Positions 32,063 to 42,366 of a DNA stretch of 64,000 nucleotides are shown one piece after another. The notes under the pieces were generated by a model. That model was not told the DNA's origin, made no database searches, and was given only the letters and a program-made list of their open reading frames with translations. The stretch covers positions 13,978 to 77,977 of the forward strand of contig JAEUTH010000028.1 of the NCBI GenBank assembly GCA_016788165.1, read 5' to 3'. The DNA comes from Bacteroidia bacterium. GTDB taxonomy: Bacteria; Bacteroidota; Bacteroidia; AKYH767-A; OLB10. Position 1 is the first letter of the stretch, and the number at the start of each line of letters is the position of its first letter. The position numbers were made by a program, and so were the translations under genes.

Positions 32063-33202
32063 ATGCATTTTGATACCAAAGCCATTCATGCAGGCCAACA
32101 CCCCGACCCAACCACAGGTGCAGTAATGACACCTATTTATCAGACCTCTACTTATTGGCAAGAAAGTCCGGGTAAGCATAAAGGATATGCTTATGCACGC
32201 GGCAAAAACCCTACACGTACCGCTTTAGAAAACTGCCTGGCAGCACTTGAAGATTCCAAACATGCACTTTGTTTTTCAAGCGGTATGGGCGCCATTGATG
32301 CCATTGTAAAACTATTAAAGCCAGGCGATGAAGTAATTGCCGGTAACGATTTATATGGTGGCACATACCGAATGTTTACCAAGGTTTTTGCTCAATATCA
32401 AATTGTTTTTCATTTTATTGATTTAAGCGATGAGCAAACCATTGCTAAGTGCATAAACAGTAATACCAAATTGCTTTGGGTGGAAACACCTACCAACCCT
32501 ACCATGCAAATAGTTGATTTGGAAATGTGCAGCCGTATTGCACAAAAGCATGGGTTAATTTTTGCTGTTGACAATACTTTTGCATCGCCATACCTTCAAA
32601 ACCCATTAAAATGGGGTGCACACATAGTAATGCACAGTGTTACTAAATATCTGGGAGGCCATAGCGATGTAATAATGGGCGCATTGTGTTTAAATGATGA
32701 TGACTTATACCAAAAATTAGCATTCATTCATAATTCTTGTGGTGCAACCCCAGGCCCAATGGATAGCTTTTTAGTTTTACGCGGCTTAAAAACTTTACAC
32801 CTTCGTATGGAAAGGCATTGTACTAACGGCCGCAAAGTGGCCGAGTTTCTTAAAAGTCACCCGCGTATCGAAAAAGTTTATTGGCCGGGTTTCGAATCGC
32901 ATCCCAATCATCACATTGCTCAAAAACAAATGCGCGACTTTGGTGGTATGATTTCATTTGTTTTAAAAAATGCCAGCTTAGAACAAACATTTAAAATAGC
33001 CTCCTCATTCAATGTTTGGACTTTGGCCGAATCGTTGGGTGGTGTTGAGTCGCTTGTAAATCATCCGGCTACTATGACGCATGCCTCTATACCCAAGGCC
33101 GAACGCGAACAAGCAGGCGTTGTAGATAATTTGTTGCGTTTAAGCACCGGAGTTGAACACATTGATGATTTGATTGAAGATTTGAAACAAGCACTCGCAT
33201 AA
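32063..33202 (+). CDS. Cystathionine gamma-synthase/gamma-lyase (PLP transsulfuration enzyme)
   Basis: PIYQTSTY, YARGKNPTR, ETPTNP, VDNTFASP, HSVTKYLGGHSD, AESLGGVESL. Confidence 0.93.
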   Translation: MHFDTKAIHAGQHPDPTTGAVMTPIYQTSTYWQESPGKHKGYAYARGKNPTRTALENCLAALEDSKHALCFSSGMGAIDAIVKLLKPGDEVIAGNDLYGGTYRMFTKVFAQYQIVFHFIDLSDEQTIAKCINSNTKLLWVETPTNPTMQIVDLEMCSRIAQKHGLIFAVDNTFASPYLQNPLKWGAHIVMHSVTKYLGGHSDVIMGALCLNDDDLYQKLAFIHNSCGATPGPMDSFLVLRGLKTLHLRMERHCTNGRKVAEFLKSHPRIEKVYWPGFESHPNHHIAQKQMRDFGGMISFVLKNASLEQTFKIASSFNVWTLAESLGGVESLVNHPATMTHASIPKAEREQAGVVDNLLRLSTGVEHIDDLIEDLKQALA

Positions 33203-33298
33203 TTGTCTCAACCTTGTAAAAGCCTTCATTATAAGGCTTTTAACTACATTTTTATATAGATTTGTTAGAAATAAAAAGAAAGAAAAACGTATTGTCTC

Positions 33299-35410
33299 AT
33301 GAAAAAAATATATGCTGCATTGTTAATAGCATGCTTTACGCAAGCCTCAGCCCAAAACAATCAAAATATCCCTTGCATAACCACTGAAGTGATGCAGGAA
33401 TTAAAAGATGCTGACCCACAAATTCAAAAGAATTTAAATGATTTAGAGTTTTTTACCGAAAAATATATCAAAGAAAAACATGTTAAAAATGCCGATGGTA
33501 CCTATCAAAAAGTGCAAGGGGTAGTAAGAGTTATACCTGTGGTTTTTCACATTATACATGAAGGGGGCAACGAAAACATTTCAATAGCGCAATGCCAAAG
33601 TCAAATTGATGTATTAAATGCTGATTTCAGACGACTTAATGCTGATACTACCGATACACCAGGCCCATTTCAAGCTATTGGTGGCGATGCCGAAATTGAA
33701 TTTAGAATGGCACAATTAGATCCTAATGGAAATTGTACTGATGGTGTGGTACGCTTGTTTTCTACACTTACAAACAATGCACGCAATAATGTAAAATCGT
33801 TAAGCTATTGGCCTAGCAATAAATATTTAAATGTTTGGGTTGTAAAAAGCATACGCGGTGCACAACCACCCTTGCAAGTTGCCGGGTTTGCACAATTTCC
33901 GGGTGGTGCAGCGGCCACAGATGGTATAGTAATTTGCCATCAGTTTTTAGGTACCATAGGTACTTCAACAGGCAGTGGTGAAGGCCGCACAACTACACAT
34001 GAAGTTGGCCACTGGCTTAACTTAATACATATTTGGGGTGATGATGCTGGCGCATGTTCAGGCTCTGATTTTGTAAGCGATACGCCCAATCAAGCAAACC
34101 TAAACCAAAGTAATTGTCCTACATTTCCACATACCGATGCATGTACGCCTGCAGGCAATGGTGTATTATATAGCGATTACATGGACTACACCAATGGTAA
34201 TTGCCAAAATATTTTTACAGTTGGCCAATGTGCACGTATGAATGCAGCCTTATCTTCTGGTACCAGTCAACGCAACAACCTATGGTCGTCAACCAATTTA
34301 GTAGCTACCGGCACCAATGGAACACCGGCAGTACCATGCGCACCTATACCTTCTGTTGTTTTTGGTGTACGAAATATTTGTGCAGGTGGTAACTTAACTT
34401 TTAATGAGTATGTATATAATGGTATTCCTACATCGCGCGATTGGGTTTTTACCGGTGGCAACCCTGCAACCAGCACCAATGCCAGCGAAGTGGTAACTTA
34501 CAACACACCCGGCACCTATAATGTTACTTATACAGCAACAAATGCAGTAGGCTCTAACACTACTACTTATGCAGGCATTGTAAATGTGTTGCCAACTATC
34601 GGTGTTAAAAGTGTGCCATATACTGACGGATTTGAAGGCAGTTTCCCCGGTTTTGATTACGATGTTATTAATGGCGAAGGCAATTTTACATGGGAGCAAA
34701 CCAGCTTAGCTGCCGCAACAGGCACCAAATCAATACGGATAAATAACTTTGCCGGTAATGCAATTTTTGATGATTTTTATACACCAACCTTTAATTGTAC
34801 AAATGTTACCAATGTGCAACTTCAATATAAAGTTGCCTTTGCTGTAAGAAATACCGCCAGTATTGATAATTTGAAGGTTTTTGTGAGTACGGATTGTGGT
34901 AAGTCCTGGACATTACGGCAAACCAAGTCGGGGCTAAACTTAGCAACCGTTTCAACGGCTGTATCATCGGCATTTGTCCCTTCTGCTACACAATGGCGTC
35001 AGGAAACAGTTAATATGAACTTAAATGCAAGCAATGAACCCAATGTAAGATTTAGGTTTCAGTTTACCTATGGCACCAATGGCCTATATGCCAATAACAT
35101 TTATATTGACGACATAAACATCTCTGGCCTAACAAATATTAACGATGCTTTTGCCAAAGACTCAGAATTAAGCCTTAAGCCAAACCCTACAAAAGGTATA
35201 GCTACATTAACATTTAATGTAACCCAAGCAGGTTCCTATCAAATTCAAGTTTTGGATGTGGTTGGAAAAGTTTGTCAAGCTCAGGTGTTTAACGACTTAT
35301 CTTTAGGAATAAATAAAACCGAAGTTGGCAATCAGCTTAAGCCGGGATTGTATTTCGTTCAAGTAATACATAACCATAAAATGGCTGTATTAAAGCTGGT
35401 AATTGAATAG
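33299..35410 (+). CDS. M43 (pappalysin/ulilysin-like) metalloprotease with PKD and beta-sandwich domains and a T9SS type-A CTD
   Basis: IPVVFHII, HEVGHWLNLIH, Met-turn YMDY, PKD-like WVFTGG...YNTPGTY, CTD PNP...PGLYFV...KLVIE. Confidence 0.92.
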   Translation: MKKIYAALLIACFTQASAQNNQNIPCITTEVMQELKDADPQIQKNLNDLEFFTEKYIKEKHVKNADGTYQKVQGVVRVIPVVFHIIHEGGNENISIAQCQSQIDVLNADFRRLNADTTDTPGPFQAIGGDAEIEFRMAQLDPNGNCTDGVVRLFSTLTNNARNNVKSLSYWPSNKYLNVWVVKSIRGAQPPLQVAGFAQFPGGAAATDGIVICHQFLGTIGTSTGSGEGRTTTHEVGHWLNLIHIWGDDAGACSGSDFVSDTPNQANLNQSNCPTFPHTDACTPAGNGVLYSDYMDYTNGNCQNIFTVGQCARMNAALSSGTSQRNNLWSSTNLVATGTNGTPAVPCAPIPSVVFGVRNICAGGNLTFNEYVYNGIPTSRDWVFTGGNPATSTNASEVVTYNTPGTYNVTYTATNAVGSNTTTYAGIVNVLPTIGVKSVPYTDGFEGSFPGFDYDVINGEGNFTWEQTSLAAATGTKSIRINNFAGNAIFDDFYTPTFNCTNVTNVQLQYKVAFAVRNTASIDNLKVFVSTDCGKSWTLRQTKSGLNLATVSTAVSSAFVPSATQWRQETVNMNLNASNEPNVRFRFQFTYGTNGLYANNIYIDDINISGLTNINDAFAKDSELSLKPNPTKGIATLTFNVTQAGSYQIQVLDVVGKVCQAQVFNDLSLGINKTEVGNQLKPGLYFVQVIHNHKMAVLKLVIE

Positions 35411-35458
35411 TGTGATTAATATAAAGCATTCACTATTGCTAAGTTAAGCCTATATTAC

Positions 35459-35466
35459 TACATTTG
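35459..35466 (+). promoter_or_regulatory. -7 promoter element of yceD-rpmF
   Basis: TACATTTG upstream of the GTG start. Confidence 0.6.
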
Positions 35467-35494
35467 CCGTCCTTTTTTAAAAAGGGAAATTGAA

Positions 35495-36034
35495 GTGGTT
35501 GATAAATTAAAATATTTTGACGTACCGTTTGCCGGTTTATCACTTGGAAACCACACGTATAAATACACCATTGACCAATCGTTCTTTACATATTTTAATC
35601 AGCAAATGCCTCAATGTAAGTTTGAGGTAAGCGTTGTTTTAAACAAGCAACCGCAAATATTAAATATTTCGTTTAATACAGTAGGCGAAATGCAGGCAAT
35701 TTGTGGACGCTGTACCGATGAATTTATAATGCCCATCGTAGCCCAAAATCAGTTATTGATTAAATTTGGTTTGCAGGCAGCCGAAGAGGATGTAGATGTA
35801 ATGGTAATACCAAACACCGAAACACATATAAATTTGGCACAATACATTTATGAATATGTAATGGTAGCCATACCCATGCATCAGGTACATCCTACAGATA
35901 ATGCAGGCAGAAGCCAATGCAACCAGACGTTTTTAAAACAAATAGAAAAAAGGAAAGACGAAAGCGCCCAACTAAAACAACAAACCAGCGATCCGCGTTG
36001 GGATATTTTAAAACAATTAAACAATAACAATTAA
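35495..36034 (+). CDS. yceD: DUF177/YceD family protein
   Basis: CGRC motif, INLAQYIYE, DPRWDILKQL; directly upstream of rpmF. Confidence 0.9.
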   Translation: MVDKLKYFDVPFAGLSLGNHTYKYTIDQSFFTYFNQQMPQCKFEVSVVLNKQPQILNISFNTVGEMQAICGRCTDEFIMPIVAQNQLLIKFGLQAAEEDVDVMVIPNTETHINLAQYIYEYVMVAIPMHQVHPTDNAGRSQCNQTFLKQIEKRKDESAQLKQQTSDPRWDILKQLNNNN

Positions 36035-36070
36035 CAGGTTTGTAGAAGCGAACCAAATAAAATTAGTACC

Positions 36071-36253
36071 ATGCCAAATCCAAAGCACAAACACTCGAAA
36101 TCAAGACGTGATAAGCGCAGAACACATTACAAAGCAACAGCCCCAACCGTTATGGTTGATAAAACAACTGGCGAGTCGCATTTAATGCACCGTGCCTACT
36201 GGTTAGAAAACAAGCTCTACTATAAGGGCAAAGTAGTTATGGAACGCGCTTAA
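36071..36253 (+). CDS. rpmF: 50S ribosomal protein bL32 (Cys-free form)
   Basis: [21 protein letters not shown]...HR...YYKG. Confidence 0.96.
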   Translation: MPNPKHKHSKSRRDKRRTHYKATAPTVMVDKTTGESHLMHRAYWLENKLYYKGKVVMERA

Positions 36254-36260
36254 ATTCAAT

Positions 36261-36307
36261 AAAACCTGTACGATGATTTTTTTTGGGTACAGGTTTTTTC
36301 CTTTTTT
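36261..36307 (+). terminator. Terminator-like hairpin between rpmF and plsX
   Basis: AAAACCTGTAC...GTACAGGTTTT followed by T runs. Confidence 0.7.
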
Positions 36308-36341
36308 TATAATTTCAAAGTTCTAAGCTTAGTATTTAAGT

Positions 36342-37301
36342 ATGCGTATAGGATTGGACATCATGGGTGGCGATTATGCACCGTTAGAAATAACTTTAGG
36401 TGCACTTTTAGCACAACCGCTTTTAACCGAAGTCCGTTTGGTATTAATCGGAAGTGAATCGGCAGCCCGTAAAATAATTACGGAAAACCAAGGCAATCCG
36501 GCTAACTTCGACTTTGTTAACAGTATCGATGTAATTGAAATGCACGAACATCCGGCCAAAGCATTTCAACAAAAACCAAACTCAAGCATTAGTATCGGAT
36601 TTCACTTACTTAAAGAAGGTAAAATTGATGCCTTTTGCAGTGCCGGAAATACCGGAGCCATGTTAGTGGGCAGTATGTTTTCAGTAAAAACAATACAAGG
36701 CATTATGCGACCCGCTATAAGTACACTGGTTCCAAAAGAAAAGGGCGGGTATGGTTTGCTTTTAGATGTAGGCGTAAATGCCGACTGCAAACCCGAAAAC
36801 CTGCAACAATTTGCTATGTTAGGCTCACTTTATGCCGAACATGTTTGCCATATACCTAACCCAAAGGTAGCTTTAATGAGTATTGGCGAGGAAGACGAAA
36901 AAGGCAATGTGCTTACACAAGCAGCAAACCAATTATTAAAAAATACTTCAGGAATTAATTTTGTTGGAAACGTAGAAGGTCGCGACCTGTTTAATGATAA
37001 GGCCGATGTTATTGTTTGCGATGGTTTTACAGGCAATATCATGCTAAAATTAGCCGAATCATTTTATTCGCTTACTACGAAACGCAAACTTAAAGACGAG
37101 TATTTTGATAAGTTTAATTTCGAAAGCTACGGAGGAACACCCATTTTAGGCGTAAATGGAACCGTAATGATAGCACATGGTATATCAAATGCCACAGCTG
37201 TTAAAGCCATGCTTGTGTTAACGCATGAAGTTGTAGCAGCGCAACTTCCACAAAAAATCGCCTCAGCAATTGCCTCGCAAGTGCCACAAGCCAACCAATA
37301 A
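36342..37301 (+). CDS. plsX: Phosphate acyltransferase PlsX
   Basis: DIMGGDYAP, SAGNTGA, RPAI, LLDVGVNAD, IGEEDEKG, DGFTGNIMLK, AHG. Confidence 0.96.
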   Translation: MRIGLDIMGGDYAPLEITLGALLAQPLLTEVRLVLIGSESAARKIITENQGNPANFDFVNSIDVIEMHEHPAKAFQQKPNSSISIGFHLLKEGKIDAFCSAGNTGAMLVGSMFSVKTIQGIMRPAISTLVPKEKGGYGLLLDVGVNADCKPENLQQFAMLGSLYAEHVCHIPNPKVALMSIGEEDEKGNVLTQAANQLLKNTSGINFVGNVEGRDLFNDKADVIVCDGFTGNIMLKLAESFYSLTTKRKLKDEYFDKFNFESYGGTPILGVNGTVMIAHGISNATAVKAMLVLTHEVVAAQLPQKIASAIASQVPQANQ

Positions 37302-37391
37302 CTTGCCGGTACAGTTTTTTTAAATTTTTTTTATAACCCAGGCGTCTTTTCATTAAATAATTACGTCTTAAGGTTAATTCAAACATTTGTA

Positions 37392-37919
37392 ATGGATGAG
37401 CAACAACTCGTAACCAACTGTTTAAAAGGAGACAAAACAGCTCAAAAGCAGTTTTACGAAATGTTTGCCCGCAAAATGATGGGAGTTTGTTTACGCTACT
37501 CCAACGATTTGGCAACAGCCGAAGATTATTTGCAGGAATCATTTATTAAAGTGTTTGGAAAGTTAAGTCAATATCAGTTTAAAGGTTCTTTAGAAGGCTG
37601 GGTAAAACGAATAGTAGTAAATGTTGTTTTAGATGAACTCCGTAAAAACCGGATTTTGTTCGATAGTAATGCCGAAGTAACGGACGTACTGCAAACAACA
37701 GATGATGTAGTTTCGAACATGGAGGCAAAACAATTATTGCAGATAATACAAAGGTTGCCCACCGGTTACAGAACCGTATTTAACTTATATGCTATCGAAG
37801 GTTACCAGCATAACGAAATTGCCAACATGTTACAAATTAGCGAGAGCACATCAAAATCACAATACCAAAAAGCAAAAATCCAGATTCAGAAAACACTAAA
37901 AGCACAAACTATTATTTAA
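37392..37919 (+). CDS. ECF-type RNA polymerase sigma factor
   Basis: Region 2 AEDYLQESFIKVF...EGWVKRI; region 4 LPTGYRTVFNLYAIEGYQHNEIANML...TSKSQ. Confidence 0.95.
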   Translation: MDEQQLVTNCLKGDKTAQKQFYEMFARKMMGVCLRYSNDLATAEDYLQESFIKVFGKLSQYQFKGSLEGWVKRIVVNVVLDELRKNRILFDSNAEVTDVLQTTDDVVSNMEAKQLLQIIQRLPTGYRTVFNLYAIEGYQHNEIANMLQISESTSKSQYQKAKIQIQKTLKAQTII

Positions 37920-38788
37920 TGCAACCCACCTCGTTTGAAAATATGTTTAAAGATGCATTCGAAAATTTCGAAGCAGAGGTTAATCCACAAATTTGGGTGC
38001 AAGTGCAACAGCAAATTCCAACCACTGCAGTTACACCACAAGCAAGTGTTACTTTTTCAGGGGTTAAAACATTATTAATTGCAGGTGTAACAGCCATTGC
38101 TGCAATTACAGCAGCGGTTGTTTACAAATCCGAGCCAAAGTTAAATACCCTGGTTGAAAGCAAAGATAATCCCGTTGATAATAAGGTTGAAAAGACTGTA
38201 GCGCCTGTACAAAGTATTGAAAAGGTATTACCGGAGCTTATAAAAGAAAACGAAACCCAAAAAGTACAACCCGCGCCAGCTCCTGCTTCAACAACCGTTT
38301 TAAAATTGCCCGAAACAACAAATGAAAGTTCGGCAAACAATGATAACCAAGCTTCCGAACCATTAAACACCGTAACCAATCAAACTAAAATAAAAGAGTC
38401 AGAACCGGTAGTCGAAGTTATAAATCAGGATGATAAGCATGAAAACAACCTATCATCAATTCAAAACACAGAAGCTGAGAAAACAAAAGAAACTGAAGAA
38501 ATTAAAGACTTTAATTGGGGCAGAATAAGCAATACTTTTACACCCAATGCCGATGGAAAAAATGACGTTTTTAAAATACATTTACCCGATGCCAATTATT
38601 TTAAAGCAACCATTTTAAACATAAACGGAAAAATTTTGCATGAATGGGAAGGCGAAAACGGCTTTTGGGATGGAAAAGATGCTGGGGGTTATGATTTACC
38701 AAAGGGAATGTATGTGTATTACATTATTGCAACTGATACAAACGGAAATACACATAAAACAAAAGGAAGCATTAGCATATTAAAATAA
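37919..38788 (+). CDS. Putative membrane-anchored anti-sigma factor with a C-terminal T9SS type-B CTD
   Basis: TAATG overlap with the sigma gene; N-terminus FENMFKDAFENFEAEVNPQIW; one TM; low-complexity linker; SNTFTPNADGKNDVF...WDG...GMYVYYI...GSISILK. Confidence 0.75.
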   Translation: MQPTSFENMFKDAFENFEAEVNPQIWVQVQQQIPTTAVTPQASVTFSGVKTLLIAGVTAIAAITAAVVYKSEPKLNTLVESKDNPVDNKVEKTVAPVQSIEKVLPELIKENETQKVQPAPAPASTTVLKLPETTNESSANNDNQASEPLNTVTNQTKIKESEPVVEVINQDDKHENNLSSIQNTEAEKTKETEEIKDFNWGRISNTFTPNADGKNDVFKIHLPDANYFKATILNINGKILHEWEGENGFWDGKDAGGYDLPKGMYVYYIIATDTNGNTHKTKGSISILK

Positions 38789-38815
38789 ATATTAAACAAT
38801 TATAATTATATCACC

Positions 38816-41800
38816 ATGAAAAAATTATTTACATTATTAATTGCAATCACAGCCTTTGTAGTGTTGGGTTTGCAAAGTGCCGAAGCATCACATGCACAAG
38901 GTGCCGACATTACCTATACTTATACCGGTACGCCCAATGAGTATATTATAACTTTGCGTTTTTACCGCGATTGTGCCGGTATTGACGCACCACCATCTGT
39001 AGATATTTGTTACTCATCGGCATCTTCAGGTTTTAGTAGTACCATTATTATGTTTCCTATTGCAGGTACAGGTAATCCCATTCCAAGCTCATCATGCGTA
39101 ACTACGCCTACCAATTGTACAGGCTTTGGTGGTTTTGGTACTGAAGAATGGATTTACCAGGAAGTTTTAACCTTGCCTAATGCGGCAAACGACTGGATTT
39201 TCAGCTACAATGTTTGTTGCCGTAATACGCAAATTACGACCTTAGCCAATGCGGGCGGACAGGATATTTATGTAAGTGCCACCTTAAATAATTTAGATTT
39301 CCCAACCAACAGTTCACCTTATTTTGACTCCGTACCGGTTACTACCTTTTGTGTAAATAACCAATTCTATTATTACCAGGGAGCTTTTGATGTTGATGGC
39401 GATTCATTAAATTACAGTTTAGTACCTGCAGAAGGTAACTTTAGTTGTCCTGCAGCGCCAACTAACTTAGCATATAATGCACCATTTTCGGCTACAAACC
39501 CATTACAAACTTTAAATGGAACAACCATTGACCCATTAACCGGAGTAATTTCATTTTTACCCAATGCCATTCAGGTAGGGGTAATTTGTGTTTTAGTTGA
39601 AGAGTATGATACTACGCAGTTTCCGGCAGTTAAAAAGGGGCAGGTTAAACGTGATTTGCAGATATTAGTAATTAGCAATTGCATCGTTATTCAGCCAGCC
39701 CCAAGTGGCTTAGGTTCTGGTGGCGGTTATACCAATGCACTTTTTGCAAGTTGTGCCGATACATCCGTAATTGTTACTTTATCAGATGACGTACAATGTG
39801 GTTCTATTGCTGCCGATGGTTCTGATTTCCGTGCTATTGGGCCTAAAGGGCAGCCCAATCCCATATTTAAAGCCGAAGGTGTAAATTGTGTTAACGGTCA
39901 AACCGATAGCGTTCGGGTGTTCTTTTACTACCCATTAACAAAAACGCGCACTGCACTTTACATTAAAAAAGGAAATGATGGAAACACCATGCTTAGTGAA
40001 TGTGGAAACACAATTTATGAAACAAATGAATTAGATTCATTAGTTGTTAACGACACCATAAATATTATTATTCAGGATACTTCAATTATTGACTTAAATG
40101 TACCCAATGTAGCGCCTTGTGTCTTTAAAGAACTTACAGTTAATATGCTCGATCAGTTTATTTGTTCAACTATCAGAGCTAATGGTAGCGATTTTAAATT
40201 GGTAGATGCTACCGGAACACAATTCCCTTTAATACAAGCTTATGGAGCATGCTCAGGTCCAACACCATTAAGCCCCGGTTCCTATACATCAACAATAACT
40301 GTTGTTGCCGCTCAAACAGTTGTTGGTACCAGTCCGTATTATTTAATTGCATTAACAGGTACCGATAATAACACCATAGCCAATTTATGCGAAACCTATG
40401 TAAATGTAGGCGACACCTTAGCAGTTATTGATGCCTCAGCTCCACTTCAGGTGTCTTTAGGTGCTGATATTTCGCAATGTGCCAATTTAGGCAACCCGGT
40501 ATTAAACACACAATTAGTTGGTGTAACAACATCTTGGTTATATAATGGCAATAATTTACCTGATACAGCCAGTTTTATTAGTGCCACCCAAACCGGCCAA
40601 TACATTGTAAATGTTTCGGCAAGCCCTACTTGTAATGGTTCTGATACAGTAAATGTAAATCTGATAGCAGCGCCTACAGCCACCATTTTAGCAAATGGTA
40701 TTTCAACCGATCAGGTTACCATTTGTGTGGGTACACCTTTCCCAACATTAGATGGAACGGTAGCAGGAGCAGTAGAATATGTGTGGACATTAAATGGTAC
40801 CGTAGTTAGCAATGCAGCAACCTTTGTACCTACCCAAGATGGTAGCTATACTTTACAAACAAGCTCACTACCTAATGGCGGCTGCGCCACTACCGATTTA
40901 ATAACCATCACTACTGTTCAATCAATAGTAGTAAATTTAGGTAACAATATTACACAATGCGCCAACGTAGCGCCACCGGTTTTAGATGCAGGTGTTTTCC
41001 CGGGTGCTAATTATTTATGGAGCAATGGCGAAACTACCCAAACCGTAACTGCAACTGTAGCTGGTACCTATATAGTAACAGTTACTTATGGCGTTAACTG
41101 TAGTGCAAGCGATACGATTGATGTAATTTTTGATGCCGTGCCTGCAATACCGGCATTGGCCGATCAAAATATTTGTTATAACATAGCAATAAGCCCACTA
41201 AATGCCAATCCGTTTGGTACACAACCACCTACAGCAACTTATACCTGGACTGATGCAGGTGGCGCAGTAGTTGGCAATGCCGCATTGTTTAATCCGTTGG
41301 TAGCAGGTACATATACAGTTTCAATTTCAAACAATGGATGTTCTGTTACCGATGATGCTACCGTAACTGTAGAAGCTCAAATTCCATTAAACTTGGGAGC
41401 TCCACAAACTATATGTGGTGCACCTATTTTAATTGATGCAGGCTTTGCCGGTCAGGTAACTGCATATAACTGGACAAAAGATGGAAGCCCATTTGGCAAC
41501 ACACAGACTATAAATGCAAATGGCCCCGGTACTTACACTGTAACCACGACTACAGCATTGGGATGTACATCTGTTGCATCTGTTCAAATTAATGCAGGTA
41601 CTTTTGCAACAACAATTACTGGCGACAATGTAATTTGCGAAAACAGTAGCGCAACCTTAGATGCCGGTTATACAGGAACAGCAGTTGCTAATTTTGCCTG
41701 GACATTAAACGGAACAGCTACAGGCAGCAATGCAAATACCATAACAGCCAATGCAGCAGGTAACTATGTTGTTGTAATTACAGACGAATTTGGATGTGTG

Positions 41801-42349
41801 GCTACTGATACAGCATCTTTAGCTATTGAAAATATTTTAGTTGCACCTATACCCGTTTGTACTGCAGCACCAGTTGGCGGCACGTTTGCTTACATCTACA
41901 CCTGGAATGCCATTGCAGGTTCAACAGGTTATGAAATAAGCTTAGATGGTGGCCTAACCTGGATACAACCCAATACGCCTTCGAGCCCAACATCGCACGG
42001 TGTTGCACAACCTGCTCAAGAATTTTTAGTACGCGCCTTAGGTACATTCTGCCCAACAGGCCGTACCTCTGAGCCTGCTCCTTGCCAAGTAGTAATACCA
42101 AACGTTGTTACTCCTAATGGCGATGGTAAAAACGATACATTTGAAATGCTGAATCTTGGTCAATACAAGGGAGCTAAAATGTCAATCTACAACCGCTGGG
42201 GTAATGTAATTTACACAAGCGATGACTATGGTTTAGCAAACAACTATGATTTTAAGGACGAACCAGACGGTACTTATTTCTATAGTTTAAGCATACCGGG
42301 TCAGGAAGCAAAATCGGGTACTATTACCGTATTCCGTAAGCAGAAATAA
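38816..42349 (+). CDS. Large secreted adhesin-like protein with Ig-like repeats and a T9SS type-B CTD
   Basis: Signal peptide; two Cys-containing DGSDF/NGSDF repeats; several LG.....C Ig-like repeats; IPNVVTPNGDGKNDTF...IYNRWG...DGTYFY. Confidence 0.88.
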   Translation: MKKLFTLLIAITAFVVLGLQSAEASHAQGADITYTYTGTPNEYIITLRFYRDCAGIDAPPSVDICYSSASSGFSSTIIMFPIAGTGNPIPSSSCVTTPTNCTGFGGFGTEEWIYQEVLTLPNAANDWIFSYNVCCRNTQITTLANAGGQDIYVSATLNNLDFPTNSSPYFDSVPVTTFCVNNQFYYYQGAFDVDGDSLNYSLVPAEGNFSCPAAPTNLAYNAPFSATNPLQTLNGTTIDPLTGVISFLPNAIQVGVICVLVEEYDTTQFPAVKKGQVKRDLQILVISNCIVIQPAPSGLGSGGGYTNALFASCADTSVIVTLSDDVQCGSIAADGSDFRAIGPKGQPNPIFKAEGVNCVNGQTDSVRVFFYYPLTKTRTALYIKKGNDGNTMLSECGNTIYETNELDSLVVNDTINIIIQDTSIIDLNVPNVAPCVFKELTVNMLDQFICSTIRANGSDFKLVDATGTQFPLIQAYGACSGPTPLSPGSYTSTITVVAAQTVVGTSPYYLIALTGTDNNTIANLCETYVNVGDTLAVIDASAPLQVSLGADISQCANLGNPVLNTQLVGVTTSWLYNGNNLPDTASFISATQTGQYIVNVSASPTCNGSDTVNVNLIAAPTATILANGISTDQVTICVGTPFPTLDGTVAGAVEYVWTLNGTVVSNAATFVPTQDGSYTLQTSSLPNGGCATTDLITITTVQSIVVNLGNNITQCANVAPPVLDAGVFPGANYLWSNGETTQTVTATVAGTYIVTVTYGVNCSASDTIDVIFDAVPAIPALADQNICYNIAISPLNANPFGTQPPTATYTWTDAGGAVVGNAALFNPLVAGTYTVSISNNGCSVTDDATVTVEAQIPLNLGAPQTICGAPILIDAGFAGQVTAYNWTKDGSPFGNTQTINANGPGTYTVTTTTALGCTSVASVQINAGTFATTITGDNVICENSSATLDAGYTGTAVANFAWTLNGTATGSNANTITANAAGNYVVVITDEFGCVATDTASLAIENILVAPIPVCTAAPVGGTFAYIYTWNAIAGSTGYEISLDGGLTWIQPNTPSSPTSHGVAQPAQEFLVRALGTFCPTGRTSEPAPCQVVIPNVVTPNGDGKNDTFEMLNLGQYKGAKMSIYNRWGNVIYTSDDYGLANNYDFKDEPDGTYFYSLSIPGQEAKSGTITVFRKQK

Positions 42350-42366
42350 TAACACGTTAAACCCGT

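Noticed and set aside
36071-36253. Cys-free bL32 as a zinc-starvation paralogue
   Set aside because: It sits in the canonical yceD-rpmF locus, and Cys-free bL32 is the normal form in many Bacteroidota.
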